A DNA stretch of 62,911 nucleotides from Bacillota bacterium (lineage in GTDB: Bacteria > Bacillota > Clostridia > Lutisporales > Lutisporaceae), in the NCBI GenBank assembly GCA_035417425.1, contig DAOLPD010000001.1:1-62911 (forward strand), written 5' to 3'. Position 1 is the first letter of the stretch. Every line of letters begins with the position of its first letter. Below, piece by piece: positions 27,911 through 38,730 of this stretch. The position numbers and the translations under genes were made by a program. Under the pieces are notes generated by a model. It was given only the letters and a program-made list of their open reading frames with translations, made no database searches and had not been told where the DNA came from.

Positions 27911-28452
27911 AGGCTAAAGGAGCGGGGCTGGTTAAAAGATATAGATTATTCTTTTTACTTGTTATACTTAACATAGCTGTACTCATTTTTTTTCCTGCGG
28001 TTGGCAGCAAGTCATTGCAGCTGACATGGTCGAATTTGCTTGAGATGATGTCAATATTGCCTCCGATTTTTGTTCTGCTTGGACTGCTGGATGTTTGGGT
28101 GAAGCGTGAAACCATGATCAAGTATATGGGTGACGGTTCAGGGATAATTGGTGTACTGCTGGCATTCTTTCTGGGTTCTGCAGCCGCCGGCCCACTGTAT
28201 GCAGCATTTCCTGTTGCCGGTGTACTGCTGAAAAAAGGAAGCAAATTGTCAAATGTATTTATTATGCTGGGAGCCTGGTCAACCACAAAGATACCCTTGA
28301 TACTATTTGAAGCCTCTGCTCTCGGCCTGAAATTTATGATTATAAGAATGATCATGGATCTGGTAGGAATAACTGTTATTGCGTATTTAACCGAAAGAAT
28401 GCTATCCGGAGAGGAAATTGAGTTAATTTATCAAAATGCTTCAGACCGGTAG
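27907..28452 (+). CDS. Half-size permease (DUF318/ArsP-like), subunit 2
   Basis: GTG start overlaps the upstream stop (GTGA). Multi-TM. Confidence 0.6.
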   Translation: MKAKGAGLVKRYRLFFLLVILNIAVLIFFPAVGSKSLQLTWSNLLEMMSILPPIFVLLGLLDVWVKRETMIKYMGDGSGIIGVLLAFFLGSAAAGPLYAAFPVAGVLLKKGSKLSNVFIMLGAWSTTKIPLILFEASALGLKFMIIRMIMDLVGITVIAYLTERMLSGEEIELIYQNASDR

Positions 28453-28534
28453 TCCGAGGAGTATTGAGGATTGACGGTATACATGCGGATATAATAAAAT
28501 ACCTATAATAATACTATTTATTAACAGTATTACT

Positions 28535-29602
28535 ATGGGGGTGGTTCAAACGGAAGATCAGAAAGCAATTCGAGAGAAGCGTAAGGATGAGCATCTTAAG
28601 TATTTTCTTTTAAGTAAGCCTTCAGGCTACAACGGCTTTTCCGATGTGGTACTGCAGAACAATTCCCTTCCCGATGCCGATTTTGATGAAATAAGCACAG
28701 AGTGTGTATTCCTGAACAAATATATTGACAGTCCCCTAATGATTAATGCAATGACCGGCGGAACAGAGTACTCCGATGATATAAACAGGAAGCTGGCAAG
28801 GCTTGCGGTCAAATTCAACATCCCTATTGCCGTGGGTTCACAGACGGTAGCTTTTGAAAATCCCAAGGCGGCTGATACCTTTAAGCGTGTAAGGGATATA
28901 CACAGGGACGGAATAGTGATTGCCAACCTGGGTGCAAACCGGGATATAGAGGACGTTTATAAGGCAATAGACATGATTGATGCGGATGCGGTACAGCTTC
29001 ATATCAACATAGTCCAGGAAATGTGCATGGCGGAAGGGGATCGGAACTTCAGGGGTGTACTGGAAAACATCAAGGAAATTGTCGCACTGGCTGAGGTTCC
29101 GGTAATAGTTAAGGAGACAGGTTTCGGAATGTCCTATGAAACTGCCGGAAAGCTTTATGCGGCAGGGGTAAAATATATAGACATCGGCGGCAAGGGCGGA
29201 ACTGACTTTGTGAGCATTGAAAGCTTGCGGAACAGCGAAAGGGAATGCCCCTTCCTGGAGAATTGGGGCATACCTACTGCACTGAGCCTTTTGCAGTGCA
29301 GAAAGGCCAGCAGTGATATGTTCATAATCTGCTCGGGGGGTATTTCAAATGCGGAAGAAGTGATTAAAGCCCTCTGCATGGATGGAGACATGGCGGCATT
29401 GGGAGGAACAATACTGCGGATACTGTTGGAGCAGGGCTATGATGCTGCGGAGAAGTACATGGCAGCAATTTTATACGAAATAAGGGTGCTTATGCTGTTA
29501 TTGGGAGCCAAGGATATAACAGACCTGAAAAACGTACCTTACCTGCTGAAAGGAGAGCTTGGAGAGCTAGCCCTCTCCCTCAAGAAGCTCTATGAATTTT
29601 GA
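28535..29602 (+). CDS. fni: Isopentenyl-diphosphate delta-isomerase, type 2 (FMN-dependent)
   Basis: INAMTGG, VIVKETGFG and GGKGGTDF. The start codon is uncertain (no clear RBS). Confidence 0.85.
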   Translation: MGVVQTEDQKAIREKRKDEHLKYFLLSKPSGYNGFSDVVLQNNSLPDADFDEISTECVFLNKYIDSPLMINAMTGGTEYSDDINRKLARLAVKFNIPIAVGSQTVAFENPKAADTFKRVRDIHRDGIVIANLGANRDIEDVYKAIDMIDADAVQLHINIVQEMCMAEGDRNFRGVLENIKEIVALAEVPVIVKETGFGMSYETAGKLYAAGVKYIDIGGKGGTDFVSIESLRNSERECPFLENWGIPTALSLLQCRKASSDMFIICSGGISNAEEVIKALCMDGDMAALGGTILRILLEQGYDAAEKYMAAILYEIRVLMLLLGAKDITDLKNVPYLLKGELGELALSLKKLYEF

Positions 29603-30460
29603 TGCTGCAACAGGCAGCGGAATATTTGAATGTATGACGAATCCCAGATTTCTATCGGGGATTTCTTCTTTTATATCGATTATGAATACATCATCCTTCG
29701 CAAGCCCGACCCTGACACATTCATCCGGCACGAAGGCTATTCCAAGCCCGATCTTTGCCATTTCCATCAGTATATCCACACTTCCCAGTTCAATTTCCGG
29801 CTTTATGGATACCTGATGCTTTGCCATCAGACTGTCGAAGAATTCCCTGGTGGTGGAGTTTTTCTCCAATACAAGAAGGGGATACTCTTCCAGCTCCTTC
29901 AGCGGCACCTTCCTGCCTTTCAGCTCTTTAAAATTTTCATTTGCAATGAATACATCCCTGACTCTTTTGGTGTTTTTTACGATAATATTGCTGTAATTAA
30001 GTTTTTCAGGAATGTTTATAACGCTCAGATCCACACTGCCTTTTCTCAAAAGCTCTATGCACCTGGGGGAAGTCCTGTTTGTCAGGTGAATCTTAATATT
30101 GGGGTAAGACTGGTTGAAGCTTTTGATAAACGGCATAAGATAATACTTGCATATGGTATCGCTGGTCCCTATCCTGATTTCACCCTGGGTAAGGGAATTC
30201 CTTTCCTCAAGTATCCTTTCACCGGATTTTATGAAATTGAAGGCTTGTTCTATATGACGATATAATATTTCCCCTTCCCTGGTAAGCTTTACTCTCTTGG
30301 TATTCCTGAAAAAAAGCTTGCATTTGAGCTTTTCCTCCAGGAGCTTTATGGACTGGCTTACTGCCGACTGGGTTATGAAAAGCTCCTCCGAGGCCTCGGA
30401 AAAACTGAGGGATTTTGATACATAATAAAAAACCTTATACAGCTCAAAGTTTATATCCAT
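29567..30460 (-). CDS. LysR family transcriptional regulator
   Basis: The real start is MDINFELYKVFYYV... at 30460. HTH is FSEASEELFITQSAVSQSIKLLE. The upstream part of ORF 29567..30736 is spurious. Confidence 0.85.
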   Translation of the reverse strand: MDINFELYKVFYYVSKSLSFSEASEELFITQSAVSQSIKLLEEKLKCKLFFRNTKRVKLTREGEILYRHIEQAFNFIKSGERILEERNSLTQGEIRIGTSDTICKYYLMPFIKSFNQSYPNIKIHLTNRTSPRCIELLRKGSVDLSVINIPEKLNYSNIIVKNTKRVRDVFIANENFKELKGRKVPLKELEEYPLLVLEKNSTTREFFDSLMAKHQVSIKPEIELGSVDILMEMAKIGLGIAFVPDECVRVGLAKDDVFIIDIKEEIPDRNLGFVIHSNIPLPVAASKFIELLEGEG

Positions 30461-30462
30461 AT

Positions 30463-30498
30463 ATAAGCCCTTCTTATCATTAATATTAAAAATATTAA
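30463..30498. promoter_or_regulatory. Two palindromes in the LysR/purL divergent region (candidate LysR T-N11-A type sites)
   Basis: ATAAGCCCTTCTTAT (30463-30477) and TTAATATTAAAAATATTAA (30480-30498). Confidence 0.3.
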
Positions 30499-30626
30499 TT
30501 ATTTTAAATAATTTTACTATGATAAAATCAAATTGTAAAGTAGTGGCACCATACATGGTGTCCGCAGAAACCGGTGAATAACAGTGAAGGATTAAAGGGA
30601 TATTAGTATAAATGAGGTGAAGTGGG

Positions 30627-33600
30627 ATGAATGGCAATGTAAGAAGGATATTTGTGGAGAAAAAGGACGATTTTGCCGTCTCCGCAAAGGACTTGTTCAA
30701 TGATATCAGGGAAAACCTCGGGATAAAGAGCCTCACAAAGCTTAGGATAGTAAACCGTTACGACATTTCCGGCATCACGGACAGTGAATACAATTCAGCC
30801 AAAAATACAATCTTTTCAGAACCCCCCGTAGACAATTCCTATGATGAAAAAATTGAAATCGATGAAAATGACAGATTGTTTGCAATTGAGTACCTTCCGG
30901 GGCAATTCGACCAGAGGGCGGATTCGGCTGCCCAGTGCCTCCAGATATTGACCCAGAAGGAAAGGCCCAAGGTTGTGACTGCAAAACTGATTATCCTTTC
31001 AGGGGAGATCTCCGATATTGAATTTGAAAAGATTAAGAATTATTGTATAAATCCTCTTGAATTAAGGGAAGCAAGCCTGGAAAAGCCTGAAAGCCTGGAG
31101 GCTGTTTATCCGGAGCCGGAGGATATAAAAGAAGTCAAGTCTTTTATAAGCATGGAAGACAAAGAGCTTGCAAGGCTTATGGAAGTCATGGGCTTTGCAA
31201 TGAGTTTCGAAGACCTGCGGTTCTGCCAGGAATACTTCAAGTCGACGGAAAAGAGGAACCCTACAGTAACTGAGTTAAGAGTGATCGACACCTATTGGTC
31301 GGATCACTGCAGGCATACCACCTTCAACACATTAATAGAAAAAATTGAAATTGAGAAGGGCAAATATACCGAAGCTATTGAAAAAGCCCTGTTAAGGTAT
31401 ATGGAAGCAAGAGCCTTTGTATATGGAGATTCCAAAAGGGATATCACCCTTATGGACATGGCGGTAATGGGCATGAAGGAAATGAGGGAAAAAGGGCTTC
31501 TTGATGACCTGGAGGTTTCCGATGAGATAAACGCCTGCAGTATTATCGTTAATGCGGATATTGACGGGAAGCAGGAGGAGTGGCTTGTGATGTTCAAGAA
31601 TGAAACACACAACCATCCGACAGAGATAGAACCCTTCGGAGGTGCGGCAACCTGTCTCGGGGGAGCTATAAGGGACCCCCTGTCGGGCAGGTCCTATGTG
31701 TACGGTGCCATGAGGGTTACGGGAAGTGCGGACCCAAGGGCAAGCATAGAAGAAACGCTGCCCGGGAAGCTTCCCCAGAGGAAAATCACCACAGGGGCAG
31801 CAGCAGGCTACAGCTCATACGGCAATCAGATCGGCCTTGCCACAGGACAGGTTGCGGAGGTTTACGACGAAGACTTTGTGGCAAAAAGAATGGAAATCGG
31901 CGCGGTTATAGGTGCGGCGCCTAAGAGCAATGTGGTAAGGAAGGCACCCTCAGAGGGTGATGTTATAGTGCTCCTGGGAGGAAGGACCGGAAGGGACGGC
32001 TGCGGAGGGGCTACAGGCTCATCAAAGGAGCATACCGAGGAGTCGATCCAAAGCTGCGGAGCGGAGGTGCAAAAAGGCAATGCTCCCACAGAAAGAAAGA
32101 TACAGAGACTGTTCAGAGACCCCGTGGTCAGCAGAATGATAAAAAAGTGCAATGATTTCGGCGCCGGCGGTGTATCGGTGGCAATCGGAGAACTGGCCGA
32201 CGGACTTTTAATAGATCTTGACGCAGTTCCAAAGAAATATGAAGGTTTGGACGGAACCGAGCTGGCTATATCGGAATCCCAGGAGAGAATGGCTGTTCTT
32301 TTGGCTCCGGAGGATGCGGAAAGCTTCATAGACCATGCTGCAGCCGAAAACCTTGAAGCAGTGGTCGTAGCGAAGGTAACCGGAGACAACAGGCTTCGGA
32401 TGCAGTGGCGGGGACAGACGATAGTTGATATAAGCCGTGACTTTTTGAACACCAACGGTGTAAGACAGAGTACACAGGTGCTGATCAAGGCTCCGGATAC
32501 AGAGAGCTATTTCAACAAACTGCAGGTCTGGGAAAAGAACAAGGAGGACCTGAAGGAAAAATGGCTTGAGAACCTTAAGGACCTCAATGTATGCAGCCAG
32601 AAGGGGCTTGTTGAAAGGTTCGACAGCACCATAGGCGCAGGAACAATACTGATGCCCTTCGGAGGCATATACCAGGAAACTCCTTCGGAAGGACTGGCTA
32701 TGAAGCTGCCGGTGCTTTCCGGAGAAACACATACGGCAACCGTAATGACTTACGGCTATAATCCGAAGCTGGCAAAGTGGAGCCCCTTCCACGGAGCGGT
32801 TTATGCAGTGGTAGAGGCTGTTGCAAAGGTTGCTGCCCTTGGAGGGGATTACGGCAAAATAAGGCTTACCCTTCAGGAATACTTCGAGAAGCTGGGCAAG
32901 GATCCTGAAAAGTGGGGAAAGCCCGCCGGCGCGCTGCTTGGTGCCTTATATGCCCAGATGATGCTGGGGGTTCCTGCCATAGGAGGTAAGGACAGCATGT
33001 CCGGTACCTTCAAAGACCTTAACGTGCCCCCAACCCTGGTTGCTTTTGCGGTTGACACAGCGGAAGCCGGCAGGATAGTATCACAGGAGTTCAAAAAGGC
33101 CGGAAGCAAGGTAGTGCTTCTAAGGGCTGAAAGAGATGACAAGGACCTGCCGGATTTTGAAAGGCTCCATAAGATTTTTTCCAAGACACATGAATTGATA
33201 CAGAAGGGCTTGGTGCTTTCATCATCAACAGTAAGGACTGGAGGAATTGCGGCAGCAATCAGCAAAATGTGCTTCGGAAACAAGTTAGGCTTCACCTTTG
33301 AAAAGGGTTATGAGGAAAAGGATCTGTTTACTCCCGGATACGGTTCAATTATTCTGGAGCTGGATCAGTCCTGCGACCCGAACAGCGTATTCAGCGGCAT
33401 GGATTATGAGATGGCGGGAGTCACGGAAAGCACCGGATATATAAGCATTAAAGGGATAAGAATAGGGCTTGAAGAAGCGCTTAAAGCATGGAAAGCCCCT
33501 CTGGAGAGGATATTCCCCACCCATTCAGGGGATAATGATGACAAACCGCAGAATATATACTATAATAGTACAAATATTGTCAGATCCTCTGCGAAAATTG

Positions 33601-34400
33601 CACGGCCCAAGGTATTCATACCGATATTCCCCGGGACAAATTGCGAGTACGATACTGCAAGAGCCTTTGAAAAAGCGGGAGGCGAGCCTTCGATTTTCGT
33701 ATTCAGAAACATCAGCCCTTCAGATATAGAAGCCTCCATAAAAGAAATGGTAAGGTTAATTGGCAGCGCTCAGATAATAGCACTGCCGGGAGGCTTCAGC
33801 AGCGGTGACGAGCCGGATGGCTCAGGCAAATTCATTGCAACAGTATTCAGGAACCCCCGGGTCAAGGAAGCGGTTATGAAATTCCTGCAGGAGAAGGACG
33901 GCTTGATGCTCGGAATCTGCAACGGATTCCAGGTGCTTATAAAGCTGGGGCTTCTGCCCTACGGCGAGATCAGGGAGATGGACGAAAGCTCACCGACCCT
34001 GACCTTCAACAAAATTGGGCGGCATGTATCCTGTATTGTAAGGACAAAGGTGGCATCTTCACTGTCTCCATGGCTCAGCAAGTCCAAAGCCGGAGATATT
34101 CACACCATAGCAGTATCCCATGGGGAAGGAAGGTTTGCAGCAAGCAGGGAGATTATGGATGGGCTTATAAAAAACGGCCAGGTTGCTACACAGTATGTTG
34201 ATTTAAACGGCAATCCGACATATGATTCTGCCTTTAATCCAAACGGCTCCATAGAAGCCGTAGAAGGAATAACAAGTCCTGACGGAAGGATTTTCGGCAA
34301 GATGGGGCATTCGGAAAGAACCGGGGCCGACATCGGAAAGAATATACCCGGAGACAAGGAGCAGCTGATATTCAAGGCAGGAGTGGAATATTTCAGCTGA
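30627..34400 (+). CDS. purL: Phosphoribosylformylglycinamidine synthase, single-chain large form
   Basis: 1257 aa. DHCRHTTF, the C-terminal GATase GICNGFQ and HGEGRF. Confidence 0.95.
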   Translation: MNGNVRRIFVEKKDDFAVSAKDLFNDIRENLGIKSLTKLRIVNRYDISGITDSEYNSAKNTIFSEPPVDNSYDEKIEIDENDRLFAIEYLPGQFDQRADSAAQCLQILTQKERPKVVTAKLIILSGEISDIEFEKIKNYCINPLELREASLEKPESLEAVYPEPEDIKEVKSFISMEDKELARLMEVMGFAMSFEDLRFCQEYFKSTEKRNPTVTELRVIDTYWSDHCRHTTFNTLIEKIEIEKGKYTEAIEKALLRYMEARAFVYGDSKRDITLMDMAVMGMKEMREKGLLDDLEVSDEINACSIIVNADIDGKQEEWLVMFKNETHNHPTEIEPFGGAATCLGGAIRDPLSGRSYVYGAMRVTGSADPRASIEETLPGKLPQRKITTGAAAGYSSYGNQIGLATGQVAEVYDEDFVAKRMEIGAVIGAAPKSNVVRKAPSEGDVIVLLGGRTGRDGCGGATGSSKEHTEESIQSCGAEVQKGNAPTERKIQRLFRDPVVSRMIKKCNDFGAGGVSVAIGELADGLLIDLDAVPKKYEGLDGTELAISESQERMAVLLAPEDAESFIDHAAAENLEAVVVAKVTGDNRLRMQWRGQTIVDISRDFLNTNGVRQSTQVLIKAPDTESYFNKLQVWEKNKEDLKEKWLENLKDLNVCSQKGLVERFDSTIGAGTILMPFGGIYQETPSEGLAMKLPVLSGETHTATVMTYGYNPKLAKWSPFHGAVYAVVEAVAKVAALGGDYGKIRLTLQEYFEKLGKDPEKWGKPAGALLGALYAQMMLGVPAIGGKDSMSGTFKDLNVPPTLVAFAVDTAEAGRIVSQEFKKAGSKVVLLRAERDDKDLPDFERLHKIFSKTHELIQKGLVLSSSTVRTGGIAAAISKMCFGNKLGFTFEKGYEEKDLFTPGYGSIILELDQSCDPNSVFSGMDYEMAGVTESTGYISIKGIRIGLEEALKAWKAPLERIFPTHSGDNDDKPQNIYYNSTNIVRSSAKIARPKVFIPIFPGTNCEYDTARAFEKAGGEPSIFVFRNISPSDIEASIKEMVRLIGSAQIIALPGGFSSGDEPDGSGKFIATVFRNPRVKEAVMKFLQEKDGLMLGICNGFQVLIKLGLLPYGEIREMDESSPTLTFNKIGRHVSCIVRTKVASSLSPWLSKSKAGDIHTIAVSHGEGRFAASREIMDGLIKNGQVATQYVDLNGNPTYDSAFNPNGSIEAVEGITSPDGRIFGKMGHSERTGADIGKNIPGDKEQLIFKAGVEYFS

Positions 34401-34424
34401 TTAAATAAATAGCAATAAAAAGGA

Positions 34425-34937
34425 GTGATGCTTGTGTCTTCAGATAAACCAAAGGCTGCGGTCATAATGGGCAGTGATTCGGATCTGCCTGTCGTAAGAA
34501 AGGCAATTGAGGTTTTAAAGGCTTTTGAGATTGACTTTGAGGTTAATGTAATATCCGCACACAGGACACCGGATAGAGCTGCGGAATATGCAAAAAGGGC
34601 GGAAGAAAGCGGTTTTGAGGTTATAATTGCTGCGGCAGGGAAGGCGGCGCATCTTCCCGGGGTCTTGGCGGCATTCACAACTCTTCCGGTTATAGGGATA
34701 CCCATAAAATCGTCAGTCTTGGACGGCTTGGATTCCCTTCTGTCAATAGTTCAGATGCCTTCAGGAATACCTGTGGCTACCGTTGCTGTTGACGGCGCAG
34801 AAAACGCAGGGCTTCTGGCAGTTCAGATTTTGTCGGTAAAGTATGGTTATTTAAGGGATAAGCTTAAGGCTCATAAGGAAAAGATGAAACAGGACGTAAT
34901 TAAAAAGGATGAGAAGATTAAAGAGGAGGTTTTCTAA
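34425..34937 (+). CDS. purE: 5-(carboxyamino)imidazole ribonucleotide mutase
   Basis: [10 protein letters not shown] and [11 protein letters not shown]. The start may be the GTG at about 34434. Confidence 0.9.
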   Translation: MMLVSSDKPKAAVIMGSDSDLPVVRKAIEVLKAFEIDFEVNVISAHRTPDRAAEYAKRAEESGFEVIIAAAGKAAHLPGVLAAFTTLPVIGIPIKSSVLDGLDSLLSIVQMPSGIPVATVAVDGAENAGLLAVQILSVKYGYLRDKLKAHKEKMKQDVIKKDEKIKEEVF

Positions 34938-35641
34938 TGAAAAGGCTGGAAATGATATATGAAGGAAAAGCAAAAAAAGTATACAAAACAGATGATGAAG
35001 CACTGTATATAGTTGAGTACAAAGACGATGCGACGGCATTCAACGGCCTTAAGAAAGGAACCATAACAAATAAGGGTATCATGAACAACAGGATATCGGA
35101 AAAGCTCTTCAGCCTCCTTGAAGAAAAAGGCGTAGACACTCATCAGGTTGAAAGAATAAGTGACAGGGAGGTAGTCGTAAAGAAGGTAAAAATAATTCCT
35201 CTGGAAGTGCTGGTCAGGAATTATGCCGCCGGCTCCCTTTCAAAGAGATTAGGCCTTGAGGAAGGCGTGAAGCTTAATTCCACAGTGCTGGAGTTTTCCT
35301 ACAAGAATGACGAACTTGGAGATCCCATGGTAAACGATTATCATATAAAGGCGATAGGTATAGCGACAGAGCAGGAAGTAGCAAAAATTACGGAAATGGC
35401 TCTGAAAATCAATGAGATCCTGAGTGAATATATGCTTACCAAAGGCATTCTGCTGGTGGATTTCAAGCTTGAATTCGGCAAGACCCCCGACGGAAAAATA
35501 ATCCTGGCAGATGAAATTTCTCCGGATACCTGCAGGCTTTGGGATGCAGTAACTCTTGAAAAGATGGATAAGGACAGGTTCAGAAGGGATATGGGCAAGG
35601 TAGAAGAAGGATATATGGAAGTTGTAAGAAGGTTGTGTTAG
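34937..35641 (+). CDS. purC: SAICAR synthase
   Basis: [21 protein letters not shown] and [12 protein letters not shown]. Confidence 0.95.
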   Translation: MKRLEMIYEGKAKKVYKTDDEALYIVEYKDDATAFNGLKKGTITNKGIMNNRISEKLFSLLEEKGVDTHQVERISDREVVVKKVKIIPLEVLVRNYAAGSLSKRLGLEEGVKLNSTVLEFSYKNDELGDPMVNDYHIKAIGIATEQEVAKITEMALKINEILSEYMLTKGILLVDFKLEFGKTPDGKIILADEISPDTCRLWDAVTLEKMDKDRFRRDMGKVEEGYMEVVRRLC

Positions 35642-35651
35642 GAGATAAGCC

Positions 35652-37052
35652 ATGGACAAACTTAAAGAAGAGTGCGGAATAATAGGCATCTACGACAAAG
35701 GCAACATGGAAATAGAAAGCCTTACCTATTACGGCCTCATTGCCTTGCAGCACAGAGGGCAGGAGAGTGCAGGAATAGCTGTCAACAGGGACGGGGTCAT
35801 AACCTGTTATAAGGAAATGGGCCTGGTGTCTGAGGTTTTTGATGACAAGATACTGAACCTTTTAAAGGGTGATATCAGTATCGGCCATGTAAGGTATTCA
35901 ACAACGGGAGACAGCTTTGCCCACAATGCACAGCCCCTTTTGGTCAAGTACAAGAAGGGGAGCATAGCCCTTGCCCATAACGGGAATCTGGTGAATGCAG
36001 GTCCGGTGCGGGAAGAGCTGGAGGACCAGGGTATGATTTTTACCACCACTATAGACAGCGAGGTTATTGCAGGCCTCATAGCAAGAAGCTGCAGCAAAGG
36101 TATTGAGGATGCCATACTGGATACCATGGATATTATACGGGGCTCTTATTCCCTGGTGATAATGACCGATGACAAGCTTATAGGGGTGAGGGACATTCAC
36201 GGTCTGAGGCCGCTGGTTATAGGAAGGATAGGAAACGGTTACGTGCTGGCTTCCGAAACCTGTGCCCTGGACACCATAGGTGCAAGCTTCATGAGAGATG
36301 TCAGGCCCGGGGAGATAATCATCATTGATGAAAACGGTATGAGGAGCATACAGTGCAGGTCTACAGGGAAGCAGGCCGGATGCATTTTTGAATATATTTA
36401 TTTCGCAAGGCCGGACAGCATAATGGACGGCATAAGCGTATACCAGGCCAGGGAAAAGGCAGGGAGGATACTGGCAGAGGAACAGCCTGCCGACGCGGAT
36501 GTTGTTATCAGCGTGCCCGATTCGGGGACTCCTGCGGCAATAGGTTATTCGCTTCAGTCAGGAATCCCCTATGCAATAGGTCTGATAAAGAACAGATATA
36601 TCGGAAGGACCTTCATACAGCCTTCCCAGGTTACCAGGGAAATAGGGGTAGCCTTGAAGCTGAATCCTTTAAAGGCGAATATCCAGGGGAAGCGTGTTGT
36701 AATGGTCGACGACAGCATAGTGAGAGGCACCACCAGCAGGAAGATTGTGCAGGCCCTGAAGGCTGCCGGGGCAAAAGAGGTGCATGTAAGAGTAAGCTCC
36801 CCGGTAATTACCCATTCCTGTCATTTCGGTATAGAGACTTCAAACAGGGACGAACTTGTAGGTGCGACCAGTGTATTGGAAGCAATAAGGGAGAAAATAG
36901 GAGCGGACAGCCTTGGATATCTCAGCTATGACGGAATTCTGCGGTCGGTGGGAAGCACGGGTGAGGGCTTCTGTACCGCATGCTTCTCAGGAAGGTACCC
37001 TATGGATATACCGGAAAATTGCAGCAAGGATGTTTTCGAGAGGAAAAAATAA
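35652..37052 (+). CDS. purF: Amidophosphoribosyltransferase
   Basis: Nucleophile Cys in ECGIIGI, PRPP loop [13 protein letters not shown]-terminal Cys ligands. Confidence 0.95.
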   Translation: MDKLKEECGIIGIYDKGNMEIESLTYYGLIALQHRGQESAGIAVNRDGVITCYKEMGLVSEVFDDKILNLLKGDISIGHVRYSTTGDSFAHNAQPLLVKYKKGSIALAHNGNLVNAGPVREELEDQGMIFTTTIDSEVIAGLIARSCSKGIEDAILDTMDIIRGSYSLVIMTDDKLIGVRDIHGLRPLVIGRIGNGYVLASETCALDTIGASFMRDVRPGEIIIIDENGMRSIQCRSTGKQAGCIFEYIYFARPDSIMDGISVYQAREKAGRILAEEQPADADVVISVPDSGTPAAIGYSLQSGIPYAIGLIKNRYIGRTFIQPSQVTREIGVALKLNPLKANIQGKRVVMVDDSIVRGTTSRKIVQALKAAGAKEVHVRVSSPVITHSCHFGIETSNRDELVGATSVLEAIREKIGADSLGYLSYDGILRSVGSTGEGFCTACFSGRYPMDIPENCSKDVFERKK

Positions 37053-37077
37053 TTTTGAAACAGAGGTGTGGGATCCT

Positions 37078-38118
37078 ATGGATGATAAATTGACATACAA
37101 GGCTGCGGGAGTAGATGTGGAGGCAGGCTATGAAGCAGTGAAGCTGATGAAGCAGCATACAAAACGTACCATGATACCCGGAGTGCTTGGAGAGCTTGGC
37201 AGCTTCGGCGGGTTTTTCGAAATAGACAGGGAAGGCTATAAGAACCCTGTCCTGGTTTCCGGAACTGACGGGGTAGGGACCAAGCTTCAGATCGCTTTTA
37301 TGACAGGAAAGCATGATACCATCGGGATTGATTGTGTGGCAATGTGTGTCAATGATGTAGCCTGTCACGGAGCAAAACCCCTATTCTTTCTTGATTACAT
37401 CGGGACAGGCAAGCTTATGCCCAATATAGCGGCAGACATAGTAAAGGGAGTATGTGACGGTTGTGTTGAAGCAGGCTGTGCTTTGATCGGGGGAGAAACC
37501 GCAGAAATGCCGGGTTTCTATAAGGATGGGGAATATGACCTGGCCGGTTTTGCCGTAGGAATAGTGGACAAGGACAATGTGATAAACGGCTCCAATGTTA
37601 AAGAGGGGGATGTGCTGATAGGCATTGCTTCCAGCGGTATACACAGCAACGGGTATTCCCTGGTAAGAAAGCTGTTTTTCGGGATAAACAATTTTGATAT
37701 AAATACCAGATTTGACGAATTGGAGGGCACCCTTGGAGAAGAATTGCTGAAGCCCACAAAAATATATGTGAAGACTGTACAGTCCTTGATAGCGAAACAC
37801 AGGATAAACGGTATAGCCCATATTACCGGGGGTGGCTTCATAGAAAACATCCCCAGGACACTGCCTGCAGGGCTCAAGGCGCAGATAAGCCTCGGAAGCT
37901 GGGATATCCCTCCGGTTTTCAGGCTGATGCAGAGGCTGGGAAGCATAGAGGAAAAGGAAATGTTCAACACCTTCAATATGGGCATCGGATTGGTCCTGGC
38001 AGTCGGAAAGCAGGACGCGGAAGCAATTCTAGGCACTCTTGAGGAACTGGGTGAAAAAGCCTATATCATAGGCAGCGTTGCCAAAGGTGAAGGGGGTATA
38101 GAATTTTGCGGAAGGTAA
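37078..38118 (+). CDS. purM: AIR synthase
   Basis: [14 protein letters not shown] start (the ORF opens at 36913 inside purF) and [10 protein letters not shown]. Confidence 0.95.
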   Translation: MDDKLTYKAAGVDVEAGYEAVKLMKQHTKRTMIPGVLGELGSFGGFFEIDREGYKNPVLVSGTDGVGTKLQIAFMTGKHDTIGIDCVAMCVNDVACHGAKPLFFLDYIGTGKLMPNIAADIVKGVCDGCVEAGCALIGGETAEMPGFYKDGEYDLAGFAVGIVDKDNVINGSNVKEGDVLIGIASSGIHSNGYSLVRKLFFGINNFDINTRFDELEGTLGEELLKPTKIYVKTVQSLIAKHRINGIAHITGGGFIENIPRTLPAGLKAQISLGSWDIPPVFRLMQRLGSIEEKEMFNTFNMGIGLVLAVGKQDAEAILGTLEELGEKAYIIGSVAKGEGGIEFCGR

Positions 38119-38723
38119 GGATAGCTGTCCTTGCTTCGGGAGGCGGAACAAACCTGCAGACCCTGATTGATGCTGTGGAAAAAGGTGATATCAATGGGGA
38201 AATAACAGCAGTAATATCCGATAACGAAAATGCATACGCCCTGGAAAGAGCAAGGAAGCACGGCATCAAGGCAATTTATATCAACAGGAAACAGCTTGCC
38301 GAAAAGCTCATAATTGAACTTCAGAAGCTGGATATAGAACTGGTGGTCCTGGCGGGTTTTCTTTCCATACTGGACAGGAAGCTTGTAAAAGCCTATGAAG
38401 GGAGGATAATAAATATACATCCTTCATTGATACCGTCTTTCTGCGGCAAGGGATTTTACGGGGAAAGAGTACATAAGGCAGCTTTGGAATACGGGGTAAA
38501 AGTATCGGGAGCTACCGTCCACTTTGTGGATGAAGGCACCGACAGCGGCCCCATAATATTTCAGGAGGCTGTGCCGGTTTATTTTGAAGATACTTCTGAA
38601 ACTCTGGCTGCGAGAGTGCTTCAGGTGGAACACAGGCTGCTGCCGGCTGCGGTAGGGCTGTTTTGCGAAGGAAGGCTCCGCATAGAGGGGCGGAAGGTTA
38701 AAATATTAAAGGAAGAGGTGTGA
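38106..38723 (+). CDS. purN: GAR formyltransferase
   Basis: [22 protein letters not shown] and [16 protein letters not shown]. Confidence 0.95.
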   Translation: MRKVRIAVLASGGGTNLQTLIDAVEKGDINGEITAVISDNENAYALERARKHGIKAIYINRKQLAEKLIIELQKLDIELVVLAGFLSILDRKLVKAYEGRIINIHPSLIPSFCGKGFYGERVHKAALEYGVKVSGATVHFVDEGTDSGPIIFQEAVPVYFEDTSETLAARVLQVEHRLLPAAVGLFCEGRLRIEGRKVKILKEEV

Positions 38724-38730
38724 TGCCGGT

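Noticed and set aside
29592-30265. + strand ORFs 29592..29816 and 29630..30265
   Set aside because: They are antisense to the LysR regulator gene, whose HTH and co-inducer domain are clearly encoded on the minus strand.
30500-30626. Possible purine, ZTP or PRPP riboswitch upstream of purL
   Set aside because: Only a small hairpin (GGCACC...GGTGTC) is present. There are no purine-aptamer blocks like those at 18734-18802, no ZTP CCGCCTGGGC-type motif and no ykkC-like core.
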